DNA from: Phoronis australis
Lineage: Eukaryota; Animalia; Phoronida
DNA length: 64,000 bases
Assembly (NCBI GenBank): GCA_002633005.1
Contig: NMRA01000696.1
Coordinates: 134,407 to 198,406 of the forward strand
Reading direction: 5' to 3'
Shown: positions 39,083-50,118 of the stretch, in pieces
How the letters are laid out: each line of letters starts with the position of its first letter
How positions within the stretch are numbered: the stretch's first letter is position 1
Made by a program: the position numbers and the translations under genes
The notes under the pieces: generated by a model
Seen by the model: the letters and a program-made list of their open reading frames with translations, nothing else
Database searches by the model: none
What the model was told of the DNA's origin: nothing

Positions 39083-40673
39083 ACAGATCTCCCGTCTGTA
39101 TTTCACGGAAGAATACTTCGTTCGAATTTATCTCCGAACAGACCCCCGCCAAAATCGTGCTACGGACTTTGGTAAATTGGCCTGTGCCGAACTTTTAGTG
39201 TAGGCTACGATGTGTCCAAATACCATGCAGTAAATCCGTGACAGCGAAATAAAACAACAAGTTTTTACAAGAACTCGGTGTATTTTTAAGAGTTTTACAT
39301 CGAATTTTGACTATTAATTGGTGTTAAACGATGAATTCAAGCGATAAGCTGACACCACTAATCCGTGTTGTGAACTGCTGAACAGACTGCGTGTGAAACC
39401 AATTACGTCATTGGATAATTTCAAAACCTCCGTCTGCCGTCAGGTAACGCAACCGAACCTGCCGTTATCGAATAGCCCTACTCGATCTAAGTTGTTTTGG
39501 GGTGGCATTCTCCTCTAAAGTAAGTGGGGGGAGGGGACTATAGCCCCCCAGCCCCTATGGTGCGCGCCGCAGAAGCTCATTGCAGCACTGAAATAAGTGA
39601 GGGCTACAGTCCCCCTCAGTCCTATGGTGCGCAGCCCATGCCAGTACAAGTCCCGAAGAAACTTAACTTATTGAGCAGCAGCCAGTTCAGTTGGAGTGAG
39701 GGCATAACCGGTTCTTACCTCAAGAAACAATAGGCGGACTCGACTTCGGTACTGACAATCGAATTAGAATTCATATGATAAAAAACCTAAAAGAATTTCG
39801 GGAGAACACGACACTTGTTGAGGGTGAGGGATGCATTTAGGGAGAAGCACTCTTTAAAAAAGTAACCACATGCAGGGAAGTTTTAACGAAGATTTTGTGT
39901 CTGATTTTGTAGGGATAAACAACTCACTTTGGTACTGATACCACGTTGTCAAAAATGAGTGATAGTTTGTTGCCAAAGTTTTAAAAATATCTACAACTTT
40001 AATAAGATTCTGTAGATTGCTCAGATGGAAAAATATTGTTTTGCAAATTTCGAATCCACAAAGTGAACCTCTTCGTGGGTAATTTTTTCAGCAAAGGCAC
40101 CTTTCGTGAGGAAACTTTATTGGTCAGGGTAGACACTCTTCCAAGCGGCAAGTCCTGTATACCTACCTCTTCCACGAGAGTACCCTTGGGGGAAATATTT
40201 GAACTGGGGAACGGCTTAAAAGGTGATTTTTGGGATTGGAACGAACTGGCGGCACTCCATTTATTAAACCAGTCACAACAAGTTGGCTTGTGACGTCTCA
40301 GACGACTAACCCTTTGAGCATTGCGATGAACACCAAAAAGGAACTAAACAGATTTTTATAAGCCCAAAAACCATTTAATATCATTTGCCTATGTGGTGAC
40401 TGGAGGTTAACACAACATGCTTCTGACCACAACTACACAGAATGTGGTCTCTTCACTCGTGTTCAGAAGAGTGCTTTAATTCACTACCACTCCCACGTGA
40501 ACATCGCAATACCCAGTGCATTTTAATCCAAACTATTCACCAATCAGATGATGAATGATGAGACAAATAGTTCTCAAAACAAAGTTTCATTCAACGGTTT
40601 TGCAAGCTGTGCACCATTAGGACTGTCCACCACCCAGCAGCTGGATCAATGTTGCTCAGACTTAACAGATGAG

Positions 40674-43600
40674 CTAAGGTTCTGGCGAGTACAACATATT
40701 TTCAGGTGACTTCCTGCTGGATCTTGGAGTTCTTGACGGCTCAATATGAACGAACAATGGAACAGATATCTTGTAGCGACAAAACATGATAGCTAGCACA
40801 AGAACAATTACAGTCAGAATCACCATGACAACTGGCTGCCATATGGTTGGAATGTTTATAAACATAAGTTGCAAACTGTTTCCTATTGTGTGACACAGTA
40901 TCTCTATTGGTCGGGATATGCAGCGACTGAAGGCGGAGGTGATCACCATCAAAGGCGTCACCTCCCACAGAGGGTCAATCACCAGTGCCCTATGGTAGCG
41001 TTCACAGCCCCCACTGGAGTCCCATGACAGTTGCCACTTGAGCCAGGCCTTGACAGAATCCCAGACAGTCAGTTCTCGAGGATAGCACTCAGCAGGTATA
41101 CCCTGAAATAGAAATTGCACGATCACTATCAATACAGTAAAAATCAACAAATTCCTTGGGTATCAAAAAGAAGTTATTGCCAACTAAAACTGACATGAGA
41201 GACTAGCAGTCACTTCACTTCAAGGAATGAAACATTTCTTTATTGCGAAGAGTTAAATGTTTGACACAGAAATGAGAAACAGGGTTACTACAAAGTGTCT
41301 CCAAAGAAATGTGAAATTAAGAAATTAAATTTACTGTCCGATACTTTTCATACACTGATCAAAACATCTTCAGGCATTCACTTTTGACTTTAGCAATATT
41401 ACTGCAATCAGTGAAATTACTGTGCATTTTTCTCAATTCAGAATAAATAAAGACCATCTCTTCCTCACAGACTATGCACGAGTCACACACTCTAAGTCTA
41501 TCAAGAAGTGCCAAGGATACTATGCACCAGTCACACACTCTAAGTCTATCAAGAAGTGCCAAGGATACTATGCACAAGTCACACACTCTAAGAAGTCTAT
41601 CAAGAAGTGCCAAGGATACTATGCACGAGTCACACACTCTAAGTCTATCAAGAAGTGCCAAGGATACTATGCACGAGTCACACACTCTAAGTCTATCAAG
41701 AAGTNGAAATTGCACGATCACTATCAATACAGTAAAAATCAACAAATTCCTTGGGTATCAAAAAGAAGTTATTGCCAACTAAAACTGATATGAGAGACTA
41801 GCAGTCACTTCACTTCAAAGAATGAAACATTTCTTTACTGCTAAGAGTTAACTGTTTGACACAGAAATGAGAAACAGGGTTACTACAAAGTGTCTCCAAA
41901 GAAATGTGAAATTAAGTAATTAAATTTACTGTCCGATACTTTTCATACACTGATTGAAACATCTTCAGGGATTCACTCTTGACTTTAGCAATAGTACTGC
42001 AATCAGTGAAATTACTGTGCATTTTTCTCAATTCAGAATAAATATAGACCATCTCTTCCTCACAGACTATGCACAAGTCACACACTCTAAGAAGTTTATC
42101 AAGAAGTGCCAAGGATACTATGCACGAGTCACACACTCTAAGTCTATCAAGAAGTGCCAAGGATACTATGCACAAGTCACACACTCTAAGTCTATCAAGA
42201 AGTGCCAAGGATACTAATGCATAATCTTAGTAAGTGTCAACTTACTGCTTCCACTATAGACATCTTCTTTGCTACTTCTTGTTGATACATTCTCACAAAC
42301 TCCCATGGAATGCTGATTAAAGCACAGATTACAAGAATGTACATGAAATAGCTTCGCCAATAATATAGAACTCTAGAATGTTCAGATGAACTTTTCTCAG
42401 AATAATGTTCTTTTGAGGTTCCATGTTGGCTTTTTGTCCAAGAACCTCTGAAGTACATACAGGACAAAATAAGAACAGAACAAACTACAAGTAGCACAAC
42501 TAAATAAGAAGATTGTGTCATCAGTCCGAGATATTCCTCTATAGTTGCGAACACTGTATTGTTGATTTCTTCCCAATTAAGCCATATCTGTAGAGAGATG
42601 AAGAAAAGCACAGCGAGAAAACACAAGGAAACAAAAGTTATGTTGAAAATGTTCCAATCAACATCTTTTGTGTCAAGAGATTTTTTCTGTTTCTGTTTGT
42701 GTCTATTGTTTATTTGTCTTTTACATGTCACTTGTCTGTAGACACACCAAATTGTTGCCATGACAATCAATGCTAGAGGAGTGATGCACAACAACTGTAG
42801 AGTTACAAATGTTGCCTCTTCACTCATGACCTTGGCCAAGACTGAGTGTACAACAGACTCCATAGTCATTCCAAACCAATGAGACAACTTGTAAATCTGA
42901 GATTCCTCCTCCCGCCTTTCATCAATGAGTAAAGAACTAAACAGACTGTCATACCATGATTGCTTTTCTTTGCGACGTCCTCTGCATACCACTACAAAAC
43001 ACATTATACAATAGTGGAATGAATGTTCATAGCTGGCGCCGTTACATAGTATTAAATAATCAGGGCCTCCCCTCAAGTGGCAGCCACCAGGTGGTGTTGG
43101 ACGACCACCAGGCACTGCCCACAGATGACAATGTGACACAAAGAACCTCGTCTGTGCCCAAGATGGGCCCAAAAGCCAGGCTTTCAAATATAACCAGGCT
43201 GTCGATAAGTAACAATGATCATTTCAACATTATAATAATTATAACATATTTTACATAATTTCTCTATGATGATATTCATATTTTCTGTGGTTGTGCTATG
43301 GAATACTTTATTAATCAAACCATACTCATAATACCACAGAATAGGTAATAATAAAATTGCTGATTCGTGATGAAAAAAATGAAAAATTACATTTAGTTTT
43401 AAATGAATAGTGAGACATATAGCCTTTTCAAGCAGTGGAAGATGATGCATGAAGACTGATGTATTAAGCAAACACTAGACCACCAAACACTTTACTTACT
43501 ACACTGAGCATCTGAAATGTTATGAAAGATTGAAATTACCTAAAAAATAAAGTCCAACACCAAACAAAATCAGAGTAGCACATATCAGGTAAAAAGCTTT

Positions 43601-45463
43601 GGTAAGAATAAAAAATGACCCTGGCTCGCTGCATTGTTTGTTTTTCCTTTTCGATTTCTTCTCTGTATTTGAGTCACCACCTGGAAGGATAAGAAGATTT
43701 TGTATCACGGCCTAATAAAAATGCCAGGTCACCACCCATACTTCTGTGTATGCAGTCAAAATACTACAGTAACTGTGAGTAAACATTAGAATCGTACGTC
43801 AAAAATTGGAAGGGCCTGATCATAGACATCTTAATACATATGTGATGTCTATGGGCCTGATTACATATGTGATGTCTATGGGCCTGATTATGAGTTGTGC
43901 ACAGGTAACATGACCTGATTGTCTGCTTCTGCCTTGGGAGGTGAGCCTACCCATTTGGCAGGTCACGTATGGCAAATTGACATTATGCTAAGGGTCAAGT
44001 CATATAATAACAATAATAATAACAACAATAATATAATGTACAGTGAATGATCATTTGGCACCGATAGTAATTCTTGAATTTGTGACAGCCAAATATCGCT
44101 TATTGTACATTGGCTAGCCTTGAGCAAAATAAATAAAATCTCTCTGTCCATAATGACCAACCTAGTGACTGTAGACACATAATGTGACCTGTATTTACAG
44201 GAACCGGATAACACATAGAACACAATTTGGTATATATTTTGCAAAGCAAAGTCTTCCCTGTTAGCTTTATAAGTTGCAATGCACAATGAATGATACATAC
44301 ATGCATTTCACTACAATATGGATTGATTTGAGAAGTCTCTTCACAACAATTTACACATGGGAGATAACTTGTTCTGCAGGGGAGATTATTTAAGGTTTTA
44401 GCAACTAGTGTAAATCAAATCAGCAACCTGCGTGTCGTTTTTGGTCAAATGCAAGTTGCTTTCAATGTAGCACGGTATCTGACGCAGTAAATCAACCCAC
44501 AGGCCCTCCATACGCCAAAAGCTGTTTGGCGAATTATGCCACACACTAATTAAGCCATCAAAATCATGTTGCAACTGAACGAAGGACTGCTCCAAAATAG
44601 TTTGATTTCAGGAGCACTTTGTTTGAGCTGGGAAGAGTTAAAAACATCAACGACCTCCGAAGGTGTCTTTTCGTGGGCAAAAAGGTACCTATAGCAACAA
44701 AATTTTGATAGTATAATCGGTGTGTGTTGGTATAATTCACTAAAAAGCTTCGGGCATATGGAGGGCCACTGTCTCTACTGTGGTGCTAAGTGAGAAGATG
44801 GGCCCAGGCCAGTGCAGCAGTAGACAGTGACCACCACCTCTAGCTGGCTCAGTCGAGACTGTATAGCTCCTATAGGAGCATGAAAGCATTTCAGTGAATT
44901 ATGCCTCACACTGACTAAAATATGAAAGCCACGTTGTTATAAATACCTTTTGCGCATAGAGGGATACCTTAGGAGGCCGTTGATGTTTTAATTCCTTCCA
45001 ACTCAAACAAATATTCCCGTTTCCAAACTTTTTCTTCCAGCAGTCCTTCGTTCAGTGCCCAAAATCAGTAATTGGCCTGCGAAGCAGGTGGTATGATGTC
45101 ATATCCCTTGGCATGTGCAGTTAAAAATGGCCAGTCACCGATTTTGGGAACTGAACGAGGGACTGCTCGGAGAAAAAGTCAGATAACGGAAGTATTTTTT
45201 TGTTCGAGTTGGAAGGAATTAAAGACATCGACGACCTCCTAATGTGTCCCTCTATGTTCAAAAGGTTTTTAGAATAATGTCACTTTGATGTTTTAGTCAG
45301 TGTGCGGCATAATTCGCCGAAAAGTTTTAGCGTATGAAGCCCCTATAGGAACTACACCGTCTCGACTGAGCCAGTTAGAGACGGTGGTCACTGTCTAGTG
45401 CAGCAGTAGATATGGTATCGTCCGGTTACCTATTTTCGTCAGGCTCCAAAGTTCGCCCGCCAT
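40674..45463 (-). CDS. CLCC1: Chloride channel CLIC-like 1 (CLCC1/MCLC)-like multi-pass membrane protein, about 449 aa
   Basis: Exons (minus): 45430-45463 (AAGATGGCG start, less certain), 43540-43680, 42246-42991, 40674-41102. GT-AG and phase-consistent, 1350 nt. CLCC1-family motifs ISIPWEFVRMYQQEVAKK, GIPAECYP...W, CERYHRALVIDPLWEVTP. Confidence 0.8.
41470..42216. repeat. 48-bp minisatellite arrays (41470-41704 and 42066-42216) inside a ~0.5-0.6-kb duplication spanning the N at 41705
   Basis: Unit TATGCACGAGTCACACACTCTAAGTCTATCAAGAAGTGCCAAGGATAC; 41111-41704 is repeated as 41706-42216. Confidence 0.9.
44821..45397. mobile_element. Mutator-like (MULE) MITE with ~235-bp TIRs and 9-bp TSD, in the first intron of the CLCC1-like gene
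   Basis: TAGACAGTGACCACC...GGTGGTCACTGTCTA; TSD GTGCAGCAG (44812-44820, 45398-45406). Related fragments at 44495-44780, 46243-46360 and 32640-32756. Confidence 0.85.
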
Positions 45464-47143
45464 CTTGTTTCGCGTGCAGCGCAACCACGCGGGACTTAGC
45501 GTTCCAATTTGGAGTTCTCGTCTGCACGTTAGGTACTAACTTATCGGAAGAGACACGTATCAAAGTAATGAGACAAAAATCGGTGAGTTTACCGATTGTT
45601 TTTTAAAACCACTTAAAAATCAGTAGATTTTACTAATACACTTTTTTGTGCGTTTTCAGAAGATGTTTTCGAATTTAAATTTTCTTCCGACGGGACACAA
45701 AACATGATCCAGGGTTTGTTTATGCAATGTATCTGTTTGTCCCAGGCACTAGTAGGATCTAGAAGGCCAAAGGAAAAATCCGCAGACAAATGCGATACGC
45801 TGGGTTCTTAACATTTTTGCCTCACGCATTCACCATTAAACTGCATTGAAATGTTGTCCAATTGGCTTTTATTGGAAACCACAGTGCAGAGCTCAACATC
45901 AAAGCTTCAAATCGAGTTTATGTCAATAAAAACAGGCTGTTGCAATTTTCATTACTTCGTTGGCCTTTTTCTGCATGTTTCTCAGTTTTTACAAAAGGGG
46001 GCAGCATATGACGAACTTAGGTGTCACAATAAAATGGCTGCCGAAGGCAGTGCACATTTGAAATAACTCGGCACAAATTAAAGAAAACTTCCGAATCGAT
46101 GAATGCGGTATATCTGTGAGAGTTAAATCGAATCCTATTCAGATCATAACTTTGAAGTGGAATAATTCGGTGAGTACAACAGCAAGTCGGTTTTATGCTT
46201 AGGCGGACGAACATTGGGCTCCCCAGTATAATGGTAGACATCCTTATGCCTCACATCGATTAAACATCAAAGTGATGTTTCTATAAGTTCCTTTTGCGCA
46301 TAAAGGGACAGTTTAGGAGGCCGCTGATGTCTTAAACTCTTCCCAGTTCGAACAAATACGCCCACACTGTCACTGGCCACACAGTGTAGATAGTCACACG
46401 ACTCACACAGGCAGCACAAATAGGCGACAACTAGAACTGTTCGCGCCAGGGGATACGACGATAGCCTTCATACAGCTAGGCTATTACCATAAAAAAGCCA
46501 TTTTTGACATTTGAAACTTAGGGCCTGCTTACCCAACGATTTCATGTTTGGTTTTTTGCCAAGTCACGGAAGTCTATTCTGAAGACCACTTATTTTCAGT
46601 TCAAATGACCCTCCCGGAAGTTAATTGATTCCCCAGAGTCCTCTACCGACCATACTATAAACCAGAAGTCAGCTCATGCCAGTCTGGCGCAAGCTTATCC
46701 GCCGTATAAATACGCCTATGAACTTATATATCCGTAATAATACCTTTTTTCTCGGCCTTTTTTACCCAAGTGATTCCCATATTGGTGCATGCGCCTAGGT
46801 TTCGTATACCAGATATGTAATGACCCTTGAATATGGCAGTAGCTATGTTGTGCGTGCTAGCCTCAGTATTACTCCGACGGCGCATCCCATGCGTTAGGCC
46901 TGTGCCGGCCTCCTGAAGGCTTTCTAGTTTGCCTCTGTATCTTTGGAGTCCCTTGGCATATTTTCAAGCAATTTGTGTATTAGTTTTATATTGCCGATTT
47001 GTTGCGCATTTAATCTCCTGGGGTATATATCCGAAAAAACAGATGCCTTTTTTCGCGGCCTTCGATCGAGATTTTACCCTAGTCACGGGTTCTCGCCCAT
47101 ATTAGCGCAGTTCCACACAGAGACCCATGGGCCTAATGAAAAC

Positions 47144-49673
47144 GCCGGTGTAACATTAAATTTTGACCCCCTTGGAAAAATGACTACTTTTTCAGAAAAG
47201 TGGCATTTTCGATTGAAAATTGACCCGGCCAGTTAAATATAACTACCCTCCCGTCTCATAAAAAGTGGCCCTTGTTAAATTTTGACCTCAGGCTTTGACG
47301 TTTGTTGGAGGATGCTTTACACATTGGGGAATAATATAGGCGACCTCCTCTAATACCACCAACAGCAAGTGAAACAATTAAACAGAGGAACCGAATGAAT
47401 ATCCCGGACTCACAGGACACATGGGTATTGCAACGCCGAGAAGTAAAACCCCGTGATTTCACAAGCAAACACATGACAATGGAACTTTAAGGCCGCATGT
47501 CAAAGGACAGTGACCATCACAGGAGTCATGGTGCAGCCCGGGATGTATCCGGCGGCTTCCTGTCAGAAGTATCTTACTTCGGGTGAACACTCATAACTAT
47601 ACCTGTCCGCAAGACTTGAAAAGACCGCCTCGGGTAGGCCCCAGTTATCTGATTTTTCTCTCCCCGGCCGCCACTTATAGCATGTCAGGTTCTTGCCCCA
47701 GCCACCCCCCNCCCCCCCCCATTGCTGAGCGCAACAATCAGCCATCTGGATGCGTTTCTGCAATTTATTGCCTGCTGCTGGGGATGAAATAAATTCCTCG
47801 TGCATGAATATAAATAAAAGAGCAAAAGTATAGAGACTTTTTATAGTGAAGCCTATTACTTGTAGGAAAGTGAACTTTTGGAATCCCCGGCATTATTGCG
47901 TGGCTGACACAAAAATTTGGGAACATAAACGGAGCTGCTTTGTCAATTTTGTTTCTTTGTTCGCGCGTTACAGATCGCAAGGCTAATCGGATTAAGGTGA
48001 ATTGCATGGAAAGCAGGAAGAGCTATTTTCCCGGACAGCACCTAATATTGTTCATATTGGATTCACGTCCACAATCCCAGATGCCATGGGGACTGAAGTA
48101 TTTCTGAGAAGCCTGTCATAATAGGCAATGACGAGTACCAGTACACCTATGTCAGGTGAAAAGAAAACATCAGCTTAGAATCAGGGGCCTTTTGATGTGA
48201 TGCCAGAACTGCATGATGTACAGTGTATTAGCAATATATCTGCTTTTTGGTGATCGTTTTCTTCTAAGGCGTAGATCACGTTGGTTGCTCTTTGTGCATC
48301 CTGAAGCTGAAGTAATGGCTATCTTGGCAGAGTCTTGATTATATTCAAGTGTCTTTGCAGACAGATATTCATTAAGTTGACCCTTTTTTGGTCATGAGAG
48401 AGGAAACGGCTCATTGGGGGTGTTCTTTATGTAAGTCTCATCTCTTATCTAGTGCTGTACTTGACCCTTTCTCTGCCTCCTTTTTTTCTCTTGTGGCTTG
48501 TTTCAAAGAGTTGTCTTTGTGGGTGTCAAAAACCAGAATATCGTCATAAGCTCTTGTTAAGAAAACCACTTCCATACTATCCACACGTGCAGTTTTGTGG
48601 CTTGGTTGAACACACGCATTTGATGTTGTTTACATGTTTTCTGGGTCTAAAACCTCTCTTGCAGCTTGAGGACTGTCCTGTTCTAAGACGTCTGCTTCGG
48701 AAAGATTCTTGCAGAAGGTGGATTCGATTCGATTTGTCTGTGCATGACAGCATTGCCCCACTGGCAGCAAAGATTGCTCTTGGTGTTAGGGTGAATTTAT
48801 AGTGGCTGATAGCATGTTTCTGGTCGATTTTCCAGCAGACTACAACTCCTGTTGTTCTCGTCATTGATACTCAGCCTGGTTACTGTCAAGCTTATCTGCC
48901 ATCCGACTGTCAAAGGCAAAATGCATTTCCCTTGAGTAGAGGAGAACTGGATTCCAAAGTGAACAATGGAAATAATAACGAAATCTTCAAAAGATATGTC
49001 TCAAATGTCTTTTCAAAAAGATATAGATATACACTGTAAATATACATGTAGGTTAATCTGCGTTTCTGTGATTCCTTTAAATATTCTGGGGTTCGTATCT
49101 GCTACTAAAATCATTTAGATTATATGTATCATTTTAGAAATAGTGTTTTTTAATTCCTTACCCCACAAAATGTGGGTTCAGCCATTAAATCTAGCATTCT
49201 AAGTGACCCAAGAGCATAAATACTGAGCAAAATGTATTTTACGGGCGCCATTTGTGAAATTTCAAGATGGCCTCTAATAAAATTAAAATTTCCAACTCAT
49301 TGACTTCAGAACTGCAGGTGTAGCCATAAAAACTAACATTCTCAGTGACCCAAGGGCGGATATATTGGGTAAAATCCATTTTACCGGCGCCATTTTTGAA
49401 AATCCAAGATGGCCACCGAAAAAATGGGATCAATTATTTTCTGATTCGTCATTCCATGAGGTTTCCAAAAATGTATAGTTTCCACTTTCCCCAAAAAACT
49501 CCAACGAATGTCAAAATTTGGACATAGTGAACCTCACTAAGGGGCTGACACGGTTTCAACAGAGACGACGGACCACAATTTAACTTTGAAAAATGAGCCG
49601 GGTAATTTTTCAAATTTGAAAATGTGGCCCGGGTCATTTTTCTAAAAGGGCCAAAATTTAACGTTTCACCGGC
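47144..49673. mobile_element. TIR element (GCCGGTG...CACCGGC) enclosing an Academ-like remnant
   Basis: GCCGGTGTAACATTAAATTTTGACCCC...GAAAAATGAC (47144) pairs with GTCATTTTTC...GGGCCAAAATTTAACGTTTCACCGGC (49673). No clear TSD. Confidence 0.6.
47990..48960 (-). pseudogene. Degenerate Academ (AcademX)-type XPG/PIN-like nuclease region
   Basis: Across frameshifts: YKFTLTPRAIFAASGAMLSCTDKS...LVFDTHKDNSLKQATRE...MSRFLSHDQ...DHQKADILLI...HAVLA...SPDIGVLVLVI...ALPAFHA. These correspond to the YExxxxPxSLF, VFD, HEEADT, SPDTDV and FHAxTGCD motifs. Confidence 0.7.
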
Positions 49674-50044
49674 AGTCATATCGATCTGCATGGACAAGAC
49701 GCAGTTCTTTTATTGTAGCGATGGCAGATAACAGTTAGCGTGTTTTGAAACCAATTTTCAGGTTGCGAGGAAACAAACTAACGGATGGCTGGAAAATAAC
49801 CCCTTCGCGGACAGCTCGTCTGTCTTGCTATTGCGTTTTCGCTATCGTTTTAGACGAATCAGTGTCACAAATAAGCAATTTAGGCAAGGATTGTGGAAGT
49901 AGATGAAAAATTAACATTAAAATACTGTTGTTAGCATAAATGACACGTATTAGAAAATATTTTTTTATGTGTTGGTTTGTCATTACTCCAATAGATGTAA
50001 CTATCAAAAAACTATTCGTGTATTTGATGCGTAGCTTGGTGGGT

Positions 50045-50118
50045 TTTTGTGTGTGTGTTTGTTTGCGTGTGTGGTTGTGTGTGTGTGTCTGCGTGTGTGT
50101 GAATGTGTGTGCGTGTGT
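50045..50118. repeat. Imperfect (TG)n microsatellite
   Basis: Visible TG run. Confidence 0.9.

Larger units (their letters stand above)
36578..39514 (-). mobile_element. Kolobok-type element, copy 3 (reverse orientation), interrupted by copy 4
   Basis: CTAA(36574-36577)|AGGAGAATGTCACCC ... GGGTGGCATTCTCCT|CTAA(39515-39518): matching non-canonical CTAA TSD. 36578-37707 and 39085-39514 are the reverse complement of copy-2/4 sequence. Confidence 0.88.

Noticed and set aside
41930-42066. Exon-like segment EEEMVYIYSELRK...YEKYRT in the CLCC1-like intron
   Set aside because: The obvious acceptor is phase-incompatible and the duplicate copy has an in-frame stop.
42992-43187. N-terminal ~65 aa of the 316-aa ORF as part of the CLCC1-like protein
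   Set aside because: Lies upstream of a phase-compatible acceptor (TTTTGTAG, exon start 42991) and resembles a small MITE; treated as intron.
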